Shown: piece by piece, positions 53,669 to 64,000 of the stretch
How positions within the stretch are numbered: the first letter of the stretch is position 1
Layout: each line of letters starts with the position of its first letter
NCBI GenBank assembly: GCA_018823705.1
Contig: JAHJHP010000031.1
Coordinates: 1,982-65,981 of the forward strand
DNA length: 64,000 nt
Origin: Candidatus Omnitrophota bacterium
Lineage (GTDB): Bacteria; Omnitrophota; Gorgyraeia; 2-01-FULL-45-10
Direction of reading: 5' to 3'
Position numbers and translations under genes: made by a program
Notes under the pieces: model-generated
What the model was told of the DNA's origin: nothing
Database searches by the model: none
Seen by the model: the letters and a program-made list of their open reading frames with translations, nothing else

Positions 53669-54985
53669 GTGAGAAAAAGAGGAATAGGTACTATTGAGAT
53701 GATTTCAAAGAAAATGACATTTTTTCTTATCATAATGATTGTAGGCGCCATTTTACTGGCTGGAGGAGGGATTTATCATATTGTTTTTACGACCAAAGGA
53801 TCGGATTCTATTATTCGGCCTCTCCTATCAAAATATGTCGAAGCAGAAAGTACCAACATTAAAAAAACAACAGGCAATCTTTCAAAAGCTTTAGTCTATC
53901 AGGATATTGAGTTCCGTAATCTAAAATGGCTTCCAATGGGAAATTCGCTTAAAATCCAAAAACTCGAAATAGCATTAAACTCTTTCAGCCTAAAAGGACT
54001 TAACATCAAAATACAAAATGGAAAACTAAGATTTTCTGGGTCCGGGGTGATCCTTTTCTATGGCGATTATCAAAATGGCATGTTAAATATTACTGTATAT
54101 TCCAAGGATATGAGTGTTCGTGACGTACTGGATTTATTTGCTGAAACTGTGAAATTAAAAAAGGTTTCAGGGACTCTTGATAATGTAGACATCAATATCA
54201 AAGGTTCTTTATTAGAGCCTGAAATATACGGTAGTTTTAATGTCGAAGAATTGACTATGAATGGATTTTCTATGACTAATTGTCTAGGCGACGTAAAGTT
54301 GCAACTTAAAGGTATAAAAGATGATTTTAAATTAGACGGTCAGATTTTATTAAAAAGCGGGGTAATATCGGGACCTAAAACAGCAGTTATAAATATAAAG
54401 GAGAGCAAAATCCTGTTTATAAATGAGCCTAAAAGACCGATGCTGGATCTAAAGGGGTTAGCCATTGTTGAAAAAGTTAATATTAATATTGCGTTGAAGG
54501 GCACCTTTGATCAACCAGAGTTAAAGCTAACCTCTATGCCTCCAATGGATGAGGACAGGTTGCTCTTGATGCTTGCAACAAATAAAACATGGCAAAGCGT
54601 TGAGACGGCCATAAACAAACAGGAATTGTCGGCCGATATTGCCAAAGATTTTTTAGATTATTTTATTTTTTCCGGATCTGGCAGCAAGATTTCCGAGAAA
54701 TATGGCATACGGGATATTTCGGTAAAATATAATAAGACTACTACTGGAGTCAGAGCCACAAAAGATATTACAGATAAAGCAGCACTCAGTTATTCTGTCG
54801 AGCAGTCACTGCAAACAATGGGTAATCAAACTACTACGCAAAAGATAGCAAGCGAATACAAAATCAACGAAAATATATCAGTAGGCGCAGAAAAAGAATT
54901 AAAGCAAAATGATAAAAATGCGCGTCCGGAGGATAAACAGCAAACAGATGATAAGGTAACAGTGAAATTTAAAAAAGAGTTTTAA
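53669..54985 (+). CDS. AsmA/TamB-like envelope protein (start uncertain)
   Basis: N-terminal TM, beta-rich body, I.LKGTFDQPELKLTSMPPM.E...L.ML, C-terminal beta strands ending KFKKEF. Confidence 0.7.
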   Translation: MRKRGIGTIEMISKKMTFFLIIMIVGAILLAGGGIYHIVFTTKGSDSIIRPLLSKYVEAESTNIKKTTGNLSKALVYQDIEFRNLKWLPMGNSLKIQKLEIALNSFSLKGLNIKIQNGKLRFSGSGVILFYGDYQNGMLNITVYSKDMSVRDVLDLFAETVKLKKVSGTLDNVDINIKGSLLEPEIYGSFNVEELTMNGFSMTNCLGDVKLQLKGIKDDFKLDGQILLKSGVISGPKTAVINIKESKILFINEPKRPMLDLKGLAIVEKVNINIALKGTFDQPELKLTSMPPMDEDRLLLMLATNKTWQSVETAINKQELSADIAKDFLDYFIFSGSGSKISEKYGIRDISVKYNKTTTGVRATKDITDKAALSYSVEQSLQTMGNQTTTQKIASEYKINENISVGAEKELKQNDKNARPEDKQQTDDKVTVKFKKEF

Positions 54986-55033
54986 TAGTTTTTGCAGTTT
55001 TATACATTTTTTAGGAAATCATAACTTATTGAT

Positions 55034-56362
55034 ATGAATAAAGAAAAAACATGTCAGCCAAAAGTTTTTGTAAAGACTTTTGGCTGTCAGATGAATATGC
55101 GCGATTCGGAGCATGTGGCGGGGATACTGATCGATAACGGGTTCAGGCTCTCCGGCACCATGGACGATGCCGATGTTATCCTGTTTAACTCCTGCTCCGT
55201 AAGAAAGCACGCTGAGGAGAGGTTATTTGGCAATATAGCCTGTCTTAAAGGCCTGAAGAAGAAGAGGCCCGGGCTTGTCATCGCTCTTATGGGCTGCACC
55301 GCCCAGGCATACGAGGGCAAAGCTATGGACAGATCCTCCCTGATAGATATTGTCTGCGGGCCCGGCAACGAAACAGACCTGCCCCGGCTTATAAAAGACG
55401 TATTGAAGAAGAGGTGCCATATAATAGCGGTCGACAAGTTCAATAAAAAGCGCCCGGAACTTTTTCCCAAATACCGTGAGCATAAATTTAAAGCGCTCGT
55501 TTCGATAAGCGAAGGGTGCGATAACTTCTGCTCATACTGCATCGTGCCTTATCTGCGCGGCAGAGAGCGCTCGCGTCATGCCAGGGACATAATAAGAGAA
55601 GTCAAAGGCCTGGCCGGGCGCGGGTTCAAAGAAGTCCTGCTTCTGGGCCAGAATGTCAATTCCTATAAAGCGGAGTGCGGTAAAGACTTCATAAAACTAC
55701 TCGAAGACGTAAATAAGATAAAAGGGATTGAGCGCATCCGTTTCATGACGAGCCACCCAAAGGACGCCCATAAGGAACTATTCAGGGCCATGCGCGATCT
55801 CGATAAAGTCTGCGAGCATCTTCATCTGCCGCTGCAGTCAGGCTCCGACCGTATCCTGAAGCTTATGAATAGAAGGTATACTTCCGGAAAGTATCTGAAC
55901 TTAGCCGAAGAGTACAAGAGGATAGTCCCCGGGGGCAGTCTCACGACCGATATAATAGCGGGCTTCCCATCCGAAACAGATAGTGATTTTAAAAAGACAT
56001 GCGTTATAATGAAGGATGTCGGCTTTGACAGCTCCTATACGTTTAAATATTCGCCGCGCGAAAGGACAAAGGCTTCGGAGCTGGCGGATGACGTGCCGGA
56101 TGATGTAAAGGCCTCGCGCCTTAAGTCTCTCAGCGAGCTTCAATGCGGTATATCGGAAGAGAGAAACAGACGCCTGACGGATAAAGTGGTCGAGGTGCTG
56201 GTCGAGGGAGTAAGTAAAAAGGATGGAGAGATTCTGACCGGGAGGACCGGGACAAATAAACCGGCTGTATTTAAAGGAAGCCGGTCTCTCGTTGGAAGAT
56301 CAGTGGATGTCGAAATAGAATCTGTAACTGCGTATGCGCTCAGGGGGAGGATAGTAAGATGA
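55034..56362 (+). CDS. miaB: tRNA-2-methylthio-N6-dimethylallyladenosine synthase
   Basis: TFGCQMN, NSCSVR, GCDNFCSYCIVP, TSHP, C-terminal TRAM. Confidence 0.95.
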   Translation: MNKEKTCQPKVFVKTFGCQMNMRDSEHVAGILIDNGFRLSGTMDDADVILFNSCSVRKHAEERLFGNIACLKGLKKKRPGLVIALMGCTAQAYEGKAMDRSSLIDIVCGPGNETDLPRLIKDVLKKRCHIIAVDKFNKKRPELFPKYREHKFKALVSISEGCDNFCSYCIVPYLRGRERSRHARDIIREVKGLAGRGFKEVLLLGQNVNSYKAECGKDFIKLLEDVNKIKGIERIRFMTSHPKDAHKELFRAMRDLDKVCEHLHLPLQSGSDRILKLMNRRYTSGKYLNLAEEYKRIVPGGSLTTDIIAGFPSETDSDFKKTCVIMKDVGFDSSYTFKYSPRERTKASELADDVPDDVKASRLKSLSELQCGISEERNRRLTDKVVEVLVEGVSKKDGEILTGRTGTNKPAVFKGSRSLVGRSVDVEIESVTAYALRGRIVR

Positions 56363-57198
56363 AAGGGGCGTTATTACCGGCGCTGGTATCGATCATTATT
56401 TTTGCTCAATTATCGCCTGCAGGCGCCGCGGAGTCAGGCTATGCACTCGCCGAAAAGTATTTTCTCGAAGGAAATTATAAGTCGGCCATATCGAAATCCG
56501 ACGAGCTTATAGACTCCGGATCGGGCAGGAAGGATGAGCTCTATTATCTTAAAGGGCTAAGCGAACTGAAGGTCAATAAGTTCAGCGCCGCTAGAGCCAG
56601 TTTTAACTATATAATATCGAACTATTCGTGGTCAAAGAAAGTATTCGACGCGCGCCTTGGCCTGGGTGATTCGTATTTCCTGGAAGGCAATAGCGCAAAA
56701 GCGGCCGGTATCTACGACGATATGATCGAGAGGTATCCAACAAATAAGAATATCGCCATAGTTTACAGCAGGTTGAGCGCCCATTATGCCGGGACGGGCG
56801 CTCGCAATAAGGCGGATTCTTATCACGCCATGGTCAAGTCGAAGGCGCCGCACAGTTTCGAAGCTAAGTCCGCGCCGGTCACAAACCCTAAATCTCAATC
56901 TCAAGGCCCAGCCCCGGCAGGCCGCGCCGCCATCTTTTCCGGCTCCGATGCTAAGAAAGACGGATATTCTGTGCAGGCAGGGTCTTTTAGGAGTAAGAGA
57001 AACGCTGATAGACTGGTAAAAAAACTCGCGGCGCACGGTTATAAAAGTTACGTGGAGATATCCGTATCGGCCGGCGATAAATTTTACAGGGTCAAAGTAG
57101 GAAAACTGGTATCGAAAGAAGAAGCTTCCAGGATAGCTTCGAGACTGGAATCGGACGGTTACCTTGCCAAGATCTGCACTGATACCGCATGCCAGTGA
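56359..57198 (+). CDS. Exported TPR plus SPOR-domain protein
   Basis: Signal peptide, TPR helices, YSVQAGSF....NA, YRVKVG. Confidence 0.85.
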   Translation: MKGALLPALVSIIIFAQLSPAGAAESGYALAEKYFLEGNYKSAISKSDELIDSGSGRKDELYYLKGLSELKVNKFSAARASFNYIISNYSWSKKVFDARLGLGDSYFLEGNSAKAAGIYDDMIERYPTNKNIAIVYSRLSAHYAGTGARNKADSYHAMVKSKAPHSFEAKSAPVTNPKSQSQGPAPAGRAAIFSGSDAKKDGYSVQAGSFRSKRNADRLVKKLAAHGYKSYVEISVSAGDKFYRVKVGKLVSKEEASRIASRLESDGYLAKICTDTACQ

Positions 57199-58124
57199 AG
57201 AGAATCCGCGAAAATAAAGTCATATTACTCATAGTCGGGCCCACCGCTATAGGCAAGACCCGCCTCGCCATTACACTAGCCAAAAAGCTCCAGGGCGAAG
57301 TCATATCCTGTGATTCGATGCAGGCCTATAAAGGTATGGATATCTTAAGCCAGGCTCCGTCGAAGGATGAGAAGAAGGCCGCAAAACATCACCTGGTTGG
57401 AATTCTTGACCCAAAGAGAGAATACAGCGCGGCAACCTTCAGGAAAAAGGCCATGCCGGTTATAGCGGCTATCTTAAAGAGGAAGAGAGTGCCAATAGTC
57501 GCAGGAGGCAGCGGCCTATATGTGAGGGCCCTTGTAGACGGCCTCTTTCCGACAACCGCGGCTGATATGAAATTCAGGGAGAGGATGCAGAGATTCGTCT
57601 CGCGTAACGGATCCCAAGAATTACACGACCGGCTTTTGAGGATCGATCCGGGTTCCGCCCGGCTCATCCACCCTAACGATGTCAGGCGTATAATAAGGGC
57701 GCTCGAGATATATGAAACGACCGGTCGCACGATGACGGAGCTGAAGACCGCGACCAGGCCCTTAAAAGACCGTTACGATATCAAAATATTCGGGCTTATC
57801 GCCTCCAGAAAGAAGATATATTCCCGGATAGATTCCCGCGTCGATAAGATGTTTGATTGTGGAGCCGTGAAAGAGGCCGGGAAGCTTGCGAAGAAGAGAA
57901 TATCGAGAACAGCGGAGACTGTTCTTGGTTTCAGAGAGATAAAGAGATATTTGAATGGCGAATATGACCTGGAATACGCAAAAGATCTTGTTAAGATGAA
58001 TACCAGGCGTTTTGCCAAGCGTCAGCTCACGTGGTTTCGTTCGGATGGCAGGATAAAGTGGTTTGACATTACCAGGAATAAAGAGGCAAAGATCGTGAGA
58101 CGCATAATAAAAGAGGTCCGTTAG
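57189..58124 (+). CDS. miaA: tRNA dimethylallyltransferase
   Basis: GPTAIGKT, DSMQ.Y, GGSGLY, HPND.RR..RALE, AKRQLTWFR. Confidence 0.96.
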   Translation: MPVKRIRENKVILLIVGPTAIGKTRLAITLAKKLQGEVISCDSMQAYKGMDILSQAPSKDEKKAAKHHLVGILDPKREYSAATFRKKAMPVIAAILKRKRVPIVAGGSGLYVRALVDGLFPTTAADMKFRERMQRFVSRNGSQELHDRLLRIDPGSARLIHPNDVRRIIRALEIYETTGRTMTELKTATRPLKDRYDIKIFGLIASRKKIYSRIDSRVDKMFDCGAVKEAGKLAKKRISRTAETVLGFREIKRYLNGEYDLEYAKDLVKMNTRRFAKRQLTWFRSDGRIKWFDITRNKEAKIVRRIIKEVR

Positions 58125-58125
58125 C

Positions 58126-59373
58126 ATGGAGCGGGCTATGATCGTAACGGTAGATTTCGGCAAGAGGGAATCATGGACGGCCGAGGAACGATCGGCCGAG
58201 CTCGCTGAGCTCGCGGAGTCGGCTTTTGCCAAAGTGGTACGCCGGGAGATAGTGCACAGGCATGAACCGTCGAGCGCGTCTTTTATAGGCAGCGGTAAAG
58301 CCGGGGAACTGGCCGCGATAGCCTTAAGCGAGAAGATAGACGTCGTGATATTTAATAACGACCTGACCGCTTCCCAGCAGAAGAATCTCGAGGATATAAT
58401 AAACACGAAGACGATCGACAGGACGCAGCTCATCCTGGACATATTCGCGCGGCGTGCCCATTCTAACGAGGGTAAACTACAGGTAGAGCTTGCGCAGCTC
58501 AAGTATATTCTGCCGCGGCTGATGGACCAGGGGCTCAGTATGTCGAGGCCCGGAGGAGGAATCGGGACGAGTGGCCCCGGAGAACAGAAGCTAGAAACGG
58601 ATCGCCGCACGATAAAAGCGAGAGTCTCCAAGCTTACAAAGGACCTTGCCGCGCTTGGCAGGAGGCGAGATATGATGCGGACCAACCGTTCGCGCCATTC
58701 GCTCCCGACCATAGCGATCGTGGGTTATACCAACGCCGGGAAGTCTACTCTGATTAACGCTCTTACAGGTTCCGATGTCGTAGTCAGGAATAAGCTCTTT
58801 GCCACACTCGATCCCACCGTAAGGAAACTCGTGATGCCCAATAACCAGAAGGTGCTCTTCATCGATACGGTCGGCTTTATAAAAGAGCTTCCGCACCATC
58901 TGGTCGAAGCGTTTAAGGCGACGCTCGAAGAAGTGACCGAGGCGGATTTTCTCCTGCATATTGTCGATGCAAGCCATCCTAAAGCCATGGAACAGGCGGA
59001 AGCGGTATATGAAGTATTGAAGGAGATAGGAGCGATAGATAAGCCTACGATCACCGCTCTCAATAAGACCGATAAAGCCGAAGGTAGAGCTGCGGCGGAG
59101 AGCCTTAAGGGCCGGTTCAGCGACCCGGTGGCGATATCCGCCATTAAGAAGGATGGACTTGACCGTCTTATATCGAGGATCCTCCATTATATAAAAGACT
59201 CTACCGTAGTCATCAATATAAGCATCCCGGCCGGTGATGTAAAGACGCTTAACCTTATCCATGAGAACGGCTTCATCAGGGATCAGAAATACCGGGGCGA
59301 GGAGCTCCTGATCGAGGCAGAAGTCCCCATCCGCCTCAAAGAGATGCTGGGCAGGAGATTTTGCGGAAAATAA
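58126..59373 (+). CDS. hflX: GTPase HflX
   Basis: DRTQLILDIF, GPGE..LE.DRR, GYTNAGKS, LFATLD, DTVGFI. Confidence 0.96.
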   Translation: MERAMIVTVDFGKRESWTAEERSAELAELAESAFAKVVRREIVHRHEPSSASFIGSGKAGELAAIALSEKIDVVIFNNDLTASQQKNLEDIINTKTIDRTQLILDIFARRAHSNEGKLQVELAQLKYILPRLMDQGLSMSRPGGGIGTSGPGEQKLETDRRTIKARVSKLTKDLAALGRRRDMMRTNRSRHSLPTIAIVGYTNAGKSTLINALTGSDVVVRNKLFATLDPTVRKLVMPNNQKVLFIDTVGFIKELPHHLVEAFKATLEEVTEADFLLHIVDASHPKAMEQAEAVYEVLKEIGAIDKPTITALNKTDKAEGRAAAESLKGRFSDPVAISAIKKDGLDRLISRILHYIKDSTVVINISIPAGDVKTLNLIHENGFIRDQKYRGEELLIEAEVPIRLKEMLGRRFCGK

Positions 59374-59375
59374 TC

Positions 59376-59409
59376 TTGACATTTAGCACTCATTGATGTA
59401 GAGTGCTAA
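59376..59409 (+). promoter_or_regulatory. Promoter overlapped by a perfect CIRCE operator
   Basis: TTGACA 59376-59381; TTAGCACTC-N9-GAGTGCTAA at 59383-59409. Confidence 0.96.
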
Positions 59410-59428
59410 TACAAGGAAGAAAGCAAAG

Positions 59429-60169
59429 ATGATCAAAGAATTGAACGGAAGACAGCAGGGGGTGCTTGAGATTATAGTGCGCCGCTACGTCGAGACGGCG
59501 GAACCTGTGGGGTCACGCTATATCTCGCGAAAACTGAACCTGTCGAGCGCCACGATACGCAACGTGATGGCCGACCTTGAGGATTTGGGATACATAATGC
59601 AGCCGCATACTTCAGCCGGCCGCTCGCCTACGGATAAGGGGTACCGCTACTACATCGAGAGTCTCATGCATTTAAAGAATGTCAATATGCTGGAGGCGAA
59701 ACGCTCCGTAAAAGACCAGTATGGCGAAGCGGTGCGTTCCATTGAAGATGTCCTGGAGCGCACGTCATACATGATATCGAACGTGACAAATTACGTCGGA
59801 TTGACACTCTTTTCGCAATACGATAAGTTGTATCTTGACGGCACAAGCCATATAATAGAGCAGCCGGAATTCCGCGACCTGAGAAAGCTCTACGCATTGC
59901 TGAAGTGCCTTGAGCATAAGAGCGAACTGCTGGACCTCCTGAAGAATGATTTCGAGACAGAGGGCGTAACCATACACATAGGTAAGGAGAATTTTTCGAA
60001 CTCATTGAACGACTGCAGTATTGTGACTAAGGGCTACAAAGTGAAAGGCAAGACATCCGGAAGGCTTGGCGTTATCGGTCCGAAGAGGATGGTATACGAA
60101 AAGGTCATCCCTATGGTAGAATTCCTGGCGGATACGGTGACCGGCATATTCGATGAAATGGAGACATAA
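59429..60169 (+). CDS. hrcA: Heat-inducible repressor HrcA (short form)
   Basis: EPVGS, SSATIRNVMADLE..GY..QPHTSAGR.PTDKGYR, QPEF, GVIGPKRM.Y; CIRCE upstream. Confidence 0.94.
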   Translation: MIKELNGRQQGVLEIIVRRYVETAEPVGSRYISRKLNLSSATIRNVMADLEDLGYIMQPHTSAGRSPTDKGYRYYIESLMHLKNVNMLEAKRSVKDQYGEAVRSIEDVLERTSYMISNVTNYVGLTLFSQYDKLYLDGTSHIIEQPEFRDLRKLYALLKCLEHKSELLDLLKNDFETEGVTIHIGKENFSNSLNDCSIVTKGYKVKGKTSGRLGVIGPKRMVYEKVIPMVEFLADTVTGIFDEMET

Positions 60170-60174
60170 GATAA

Positions 60175-60747
60175 GTGGCACATAATAAGAACGCCCATAA
60201 AGATAAGAATGATAAAGACCCGGCGAGCGTAAGCCCGGCCGCCCAACCGGCGCCCGAAGAGAATCTTGTCACTATCGCGAAAGAGGAATACGAAGCGTTA
60301 AAGGCCAAAGCTGAAGAGCGGGACGCTTTCAGCGATAAGTACGTCCGAGCCCATGCTGAATTTGAGAATATAAGGAAACGCCTGGAGAAAGAGAAGGCCG
60401 ATTTCATAAAATACGCGAACGAAAGCCTGATCTTCGACCTCCTTCCGATAATAGATAATCTGGAGATTGCCGAAAAACATATCAAGGAGGCAAAGGATTT
60501 TAAGGCGGTGCAGGATGGAGTGGATATGATCCAGCTCCAGATACAGGGTTTTTTGAAGGATATCGGGCTGGAACGGATTAAGACGATCGGTGAGAAGTTC
60601 GATCCTCACATGCATGAACCGATCGAGACCGTCGAGGCCCATGACAGAGAAGAAGGTACGATCACCGACGAATTAAAGCCGGGGTATAAGCTTAACGGTA
60701 AGCTTATGAGGCCCGCATCGGTGAAGATCGTAAAAAATAGCACATAG
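60175..60747 (+). CDS. grpE: Nucleotide exchange factor GrpE
   Basis: [31 protein letters not shown]. Confidence 0.95.
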   Translation: MAHNKNAHKDKNDKDPASVSPAAQPAPEENLVTIAKEEYEALKAKAEERDAFSDKYVRAHAEFENIRKRLEKEKADFIKYANESLIFDLLPIIDNLEIAEKHIKEAKDFKAVQDGVDMIQLQIQGFLKDIGLERIKTIGEKFDPHMHEPIETVEAHDREEGTITDELKPGYKLNGKLMRPASVKIVKNST

Positions 60748-60757
60748 GAGGTGTAAT

Positions 60758-62701
60758 ATGTCAAAAGTCATAGGAATAGATCTCGGTACTTCAAATTCGG
60801 CGGCAGCATACATGGAGGCGGGCCGTCCGGTGATAATACCGTCAGCCGAAGGCGCCGGAGTGGCCAGCGGAAAGGCGTTCCCGTCGTTTGTAGCTTTCAC
60901 CAAGGACGGCCAGAAGTTGGTCGGTGAGCCGGCAAAGAGGCAGGCTTCGATCAACCCTGAAGGCACGATATTCGGCGCCAAGCGCAAGATGGGCACAGAC
61001 TTCAAGTATAAGGTATATGGAAAAGAGTATACTCCTCAACAGGTATCTTCATTCCTTCTGCAGAAGATAAAGCAGGATGCCGAGGCTTATCTTGGCGACA
61101 CTGTGAATGAAGTGGTCATCACGTGTCCGGCGTATTTCAATGATAACCAGCGCCAGGCGACCAAAGATGCCGGAGAGATCGCAGGATTAAAAGTATTAAG
61201 GATAATCAACGAGCCGACCGCGGCATGCCTGGCGTACGGCCTCGACAAGGCAGGAAAAGAGCAGAAGATAATGGTGTTCGATCTCGGCGGCGGCACGCTG
61301 GACGTAACCGTGCTCGAAATGGGATGGGACGATGAGCATAAGGCGGCGACGTTTGAAGTAATGTCGACATCCGGTGACACACAGCTCGGCGGTACCGATA
61401 TGGATAATACGCTCGTTGACTATATAGTGAAAGAGTTCAAGAGGGAGACGGGAATTGACCTCAAGAACGACAAGATGGCGGTTCAGCGCGTAAGGGAAGC
61501 TGCCGAAAAGGCCAAGGTCGAGCTGTCGAGCACCCTGTCGACCGATCTCAATCTGCCGTTCATCACAGCAGACCAGACGGGCCCGAAACATCTTACGATG
61601 ACACTGAACAGGGCCAAGGTCGAGGAGCTCGTTCAACCCATCATAGATCGCTGTAAGCATCCGATAGAGCAGGCGTTGTCGGACGCTAAAGTCACAGCTA
61701 AAGATATAAGCAAGGTTATACTTGTGGGCGGCCCCACAAGAATGCCGATAGTCCAGAAGTTTGTCGAAGATTATGTGGGTAAGAAGATCGAGCGCGGGGT
61801 CGATCCTATGGAGTGCGTGGCATTAGGCGCCGCGATCCAGGCGTCGATCATGAAGGGCGATACGAAAGATGTGCTGCTTCTGGACGTCACGCCGCTTTCA
61901 CTTGGGCTTGAGACGCTCGGAGGCGTGAATACAAAGCTCATAGAGCGCAATACGACAGTTCCGACCAGGAAGAGCCAGATATTCTCTACTGCCGCGGATA
62001 ACCAGACAGCGGTCACTATACGTGTTATCCAGGGCGAGCGTCAGCTGGCTGAAGGCGAAGGCAATGTGGAGCTCGGCAGGTTTGACCTGATAGGCATACC
62101 GCCGGCGCCGCGAGGAATTCCCCAGATAGAAGTCGGATTCGATATCGATGCCAACGGCATCGTGCACGTCTCGGCCAAGGACCTTGGCACAGGTAAGGAA
62201 CAGTCGATAAAGATCACTGCTCCCAAAAAACTGTCCAAGGAAGAGATCGATAAGATGATCAAGGACGCCGAGAAGTATGCCTCCGAGGATGCTAAGAAGA
62301 AGGAAGAGGTCGAGCTTGTCAACCAGGCGGATTCTCTGGCGTATTCGACTGAGAAGTCATTGAAAGAGTTCGGCGATAAAGTGAGCCAGTCAGACAGGGC
62401 AGATATAGAGTCGCGTCTTAATGAACTTAAGCAGGCTATAAAAGAGAAGAACCTGCCGAGCATCAAGCGCGGCATGGAAGATCTTACGAAGGCCGCTCAT
62501 AAACTGGCTGAAGAGGTATATAAGAAGACTGCGGGTGCCGGTAAGGGCCCGGGTGCACAACCGGGTGGACCCGGCGCCGGAGAGCCCCAGCAAGGCGCTC
62601 CCGAGCCCGGACAGGAAGCCCCGGGCCCCAAACAGGGCGAAGAGATCATAGACGCTGAATATACAGCCGAGAACGAGGACGATAAGAAGAAAAAGAAATA
62701 A
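60758..62701 (+). CDS. dnaK: Chaperone DnaK
   Basis: [42 protein letters not shown]. Confidence 0.98.
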   Translation: MSKVIGIDLGTSNSAAAYMEAGRPVIIPSAEGAGVASGKAFPSFVAFTKDGQKLVGEPAKRQASINPEGTIFGAKRKMGTDFKYKVYGKEYTPQQVSSFLLQKIKQDAEAYLGDTVNEVVITCPAYFNDNQRQATKDAGEIAGLKVLRIINEPTAACLAYGLDKAGKEQKIMVFDLGGGTLDVTVLEMGWDDEHKAATFEVMSTSGDTQLGGTDMDNTLVDYIVKEFKRETGIDLKNDKMAVQRVREAAEKAKVELSSTLSTDLNLPFITADQTGPKHLTMTLNRAKVEELVQPIIDRCKHPIEQALSDAKVTAKDISKVILVGGPTRMPIVQKFVEDYVGKKIERGVDPMECVALGAAIQASIMKGDTKDVLLLDVTPLSLGLETLGGVNTKLIERNTTVPTRKSQIFSTAADNQTAVTIRVIQGERQLAEGEGNVELGRFDLIGIPPAPRGIPQIEVGFDIDANGIVHVSAKDLGTGKEQSIKITAPKKLSKEEIDKMIKDAEKYASEDAKKKEEVELVNQADSLAYSTEKSLKEFGDKVSQSDRADIESRLNELKQAIKEKNLPSIKRGMEDLTKAAHKLAEEVYKKTAGAGKGPGAQPGGPGAGEPQQGAPEPGQEAPGPKQGEEIIDAEYTAENEDDKKKKK

Positions 62702-63855
62702 TGGCAAAACGCGATTACTACGAAGTCCTCGGCTTAAGCAAGACGGCTAATGCGGACGATATAAAAAAAGCGTACAGAAACCTTGCGCTCAAATACCATC
62801 CGGATAGGGTAACTCCCGATAAGAAGAAAGAGGCCGAGGAGAAGTTCAAAGAGATGTCCGAGGCCTACGAGGTCCTCGTAGATAAGGAGAAGCGCGCCGG
62901 TTACGACCAGTACGGCCACGCAGGCGTTGAGGGCTCGTTCAAGCAGGGCGGCTTCCAGTGGCAGGACTTCCATCACTACGACGACCTTAAGGATATCTTC
63001 GGCGGCGCCGACGTAAGCGACCTCCTGAGAGGATTCGGTTTCGGCGGCGATAGCTTCGGATCTTCCCGTGGGTCGCGCTCAAGCCGCGGATCGGATCTCG
63101 AATACCAGCTTGAGATATCATTTGATGAGGCCGCTTTCGGCGGTGAAGAGACGATCACCATACCGCGTTATGAGACGTGTGAGGAATGCCGCGGCACGGG
63201 CGCCAAGCCCGGCTCCAAGAAAGAGCGATGCGCCGATTGCGGCGGCAAAGGGCAGGTCAGATCCTCGAACGGATTCTTCAATGTCGTGCAGGCCTGCCGG
63301 AGGTGCGGAGGCGAAGGGTCGATAATAAAGACTCCGTGTCCGTTATGCGGCGGCAGAGGGCGTGTAAAGACAAAGCGTAATATAAAGGTAAAGATCCCTG
63401 CCGGCGTGGATTCCGGGTCGAGATTGAGGATCCACGGGGAAGGAGAGGCGGGGGAAAGAGGCGGCCAGCGGGGAGACCTGTACATATTGATCTACGTGAA
63501 GGTTCACGAGATATTCGAGCGCCACGAAGCCGATATATATTGCGAGGTACCGATAGCGTATGCCACGGCGGTCTTTGGCGGTGAAATAGAGGTGCCTACT
63601 ATCGAGGGCAAGATAATGATGAAGATCCCGCCCGGCACTCAGGCCGGCCGGCAGTTCAGGCTGAGGAATAAAGGGATCGCCCATCTTCACGATTATAGTA
63701 GGGGCGACCAGATAGTGAAGATACAGATAGATATTCCCGAGGACCTTAATCAGGACGAGAAGAGGGCGCTAAAGGAGTATGCCAGGGTGTCGGCCGGAGA
63801 CAAGGGGCCGCTGGCAAAGAGATTCGTAGAGAAGATGAAGAGGATACTCAAGTAG
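62701..63855 (+). CDS. dnaJ: Chaperone DnaJ
   Basis: J-domain HPD, G/F region, four CxxCxGxG repeats. Confidence 0.97.
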   Translation: MAKRDYYEVLGLSKTANADDIKKAYRNLALKYHPDRVTPDKKKEAEEKFKEMSEAYEVLVDKEKRAGYDQYGHAGVEGSFKQGGFQWQDFHHYDDLKDIFGGADVSDLLRGFGFGGDSFGSSRGSRSSRGSDLEYQLEISFDEAAFGGEETITIPRYETCEECRGTGAKPGSKKERCADCGGKGQVRSSNGFFNVVQACRRCGGEGSIIKTPCPLCGGRGRVKTKRNIKVKIPAGVDSGSRLRIHGEGEAGERGGQRGDLYILIYVKVHEIFERHEADIYCEVPIAYATAVFGGEIEVPTIEGKIMMKIPPGTQAGRQFRLRNKGIAHLHDYSRGDQIVKIQIDIPEDLNQDEKRALKEYARVSAGDKGPLAKRFVEKMKRILK

Positions 63856-64000
63856 ATGCCAACGTACGATTATCAATGCGATAAATGCGGCAACCATTTT
63901 GAAAAGTTCGAGAAGATGACGGATAAACCGCATGGGAAATGCCCCAAGTGCGGCGGGAAGACCCACCGTCTTATTGGCGGCGGTAGCGGTGTGATATTTA
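63856..64000 (+). CDS. FmdB-family zinc-ribbon protein (truncated by window end)
   Basis: MPTYDYQCDKCG...CPKCGG...RLIGGGSGVIF. Confidence 0.85.
   Translation, partial: MPTYDYQCDKCGNHFEKFEKMTDKPHGKCPKCGGKTHRLIGGGSGVIF

Noticed and set aside
1-64000. tRNA, rRNA, integrase or transposase genes
   Set aside because: None recognised; intergenic gaps are short and explained by promoters, terminators and repeats. A covariance search would be needed to exclude small RNAs.

Overview
A 64-kb bacterial chromosomal segment with almost every real gene on the + strand. Gene content (FecR-domain and peptidoglycan-binding lipoproteins, DUF4912/GH57, DUF2934, short HemC) suggests a diderm PVC-superphylum anaerobe such as Ca. 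Omnitrophota; this is an inference. Gene order: carB (partial), FecR proteins, Lys/Ala-repeat protein, flavodoxin/Zn-dehydrogenase/pckG/lsrF, Lrp plus aminotransferase, lipoproteins, GT2, GH57 alpha-glucan genes, a MarC-ExbBD-Trk-MgtE(N)/Nramp ion-transport run, rluA, purF-like, greA, hexokinase and two-component genes. Next come a TPP riboswitch with thi4, an Rrf2-led cysteine/siroheme operon, feoAB, an ars-type cluster, an AT-rich trio, miaB-miaA-hflX and CIRCE-hrcA-grpE-dnaK-dnaJ. No rRNA, tRNA, CRISPR array or transposase was seen. The main unexplained structure is a set of short palindromic elements inserted inside one another. Both empty and filled sites are visible, there are no target duplications, one copy lies in-frame in a kinase gene, one family carries DnaA boxes and brackets feoAB, and another supplies ribosome-binding sites. 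Also notable are a siroheme pathway of domain-trimmed enzymes (HemC lacking the cofactor-Cys domain, no hemD), an unannotated 47-aa membrane peptide in the trk operon, and archaeal-like DnaK and Thi4. All product calls come from motif recognition by eye; no database searches were run.
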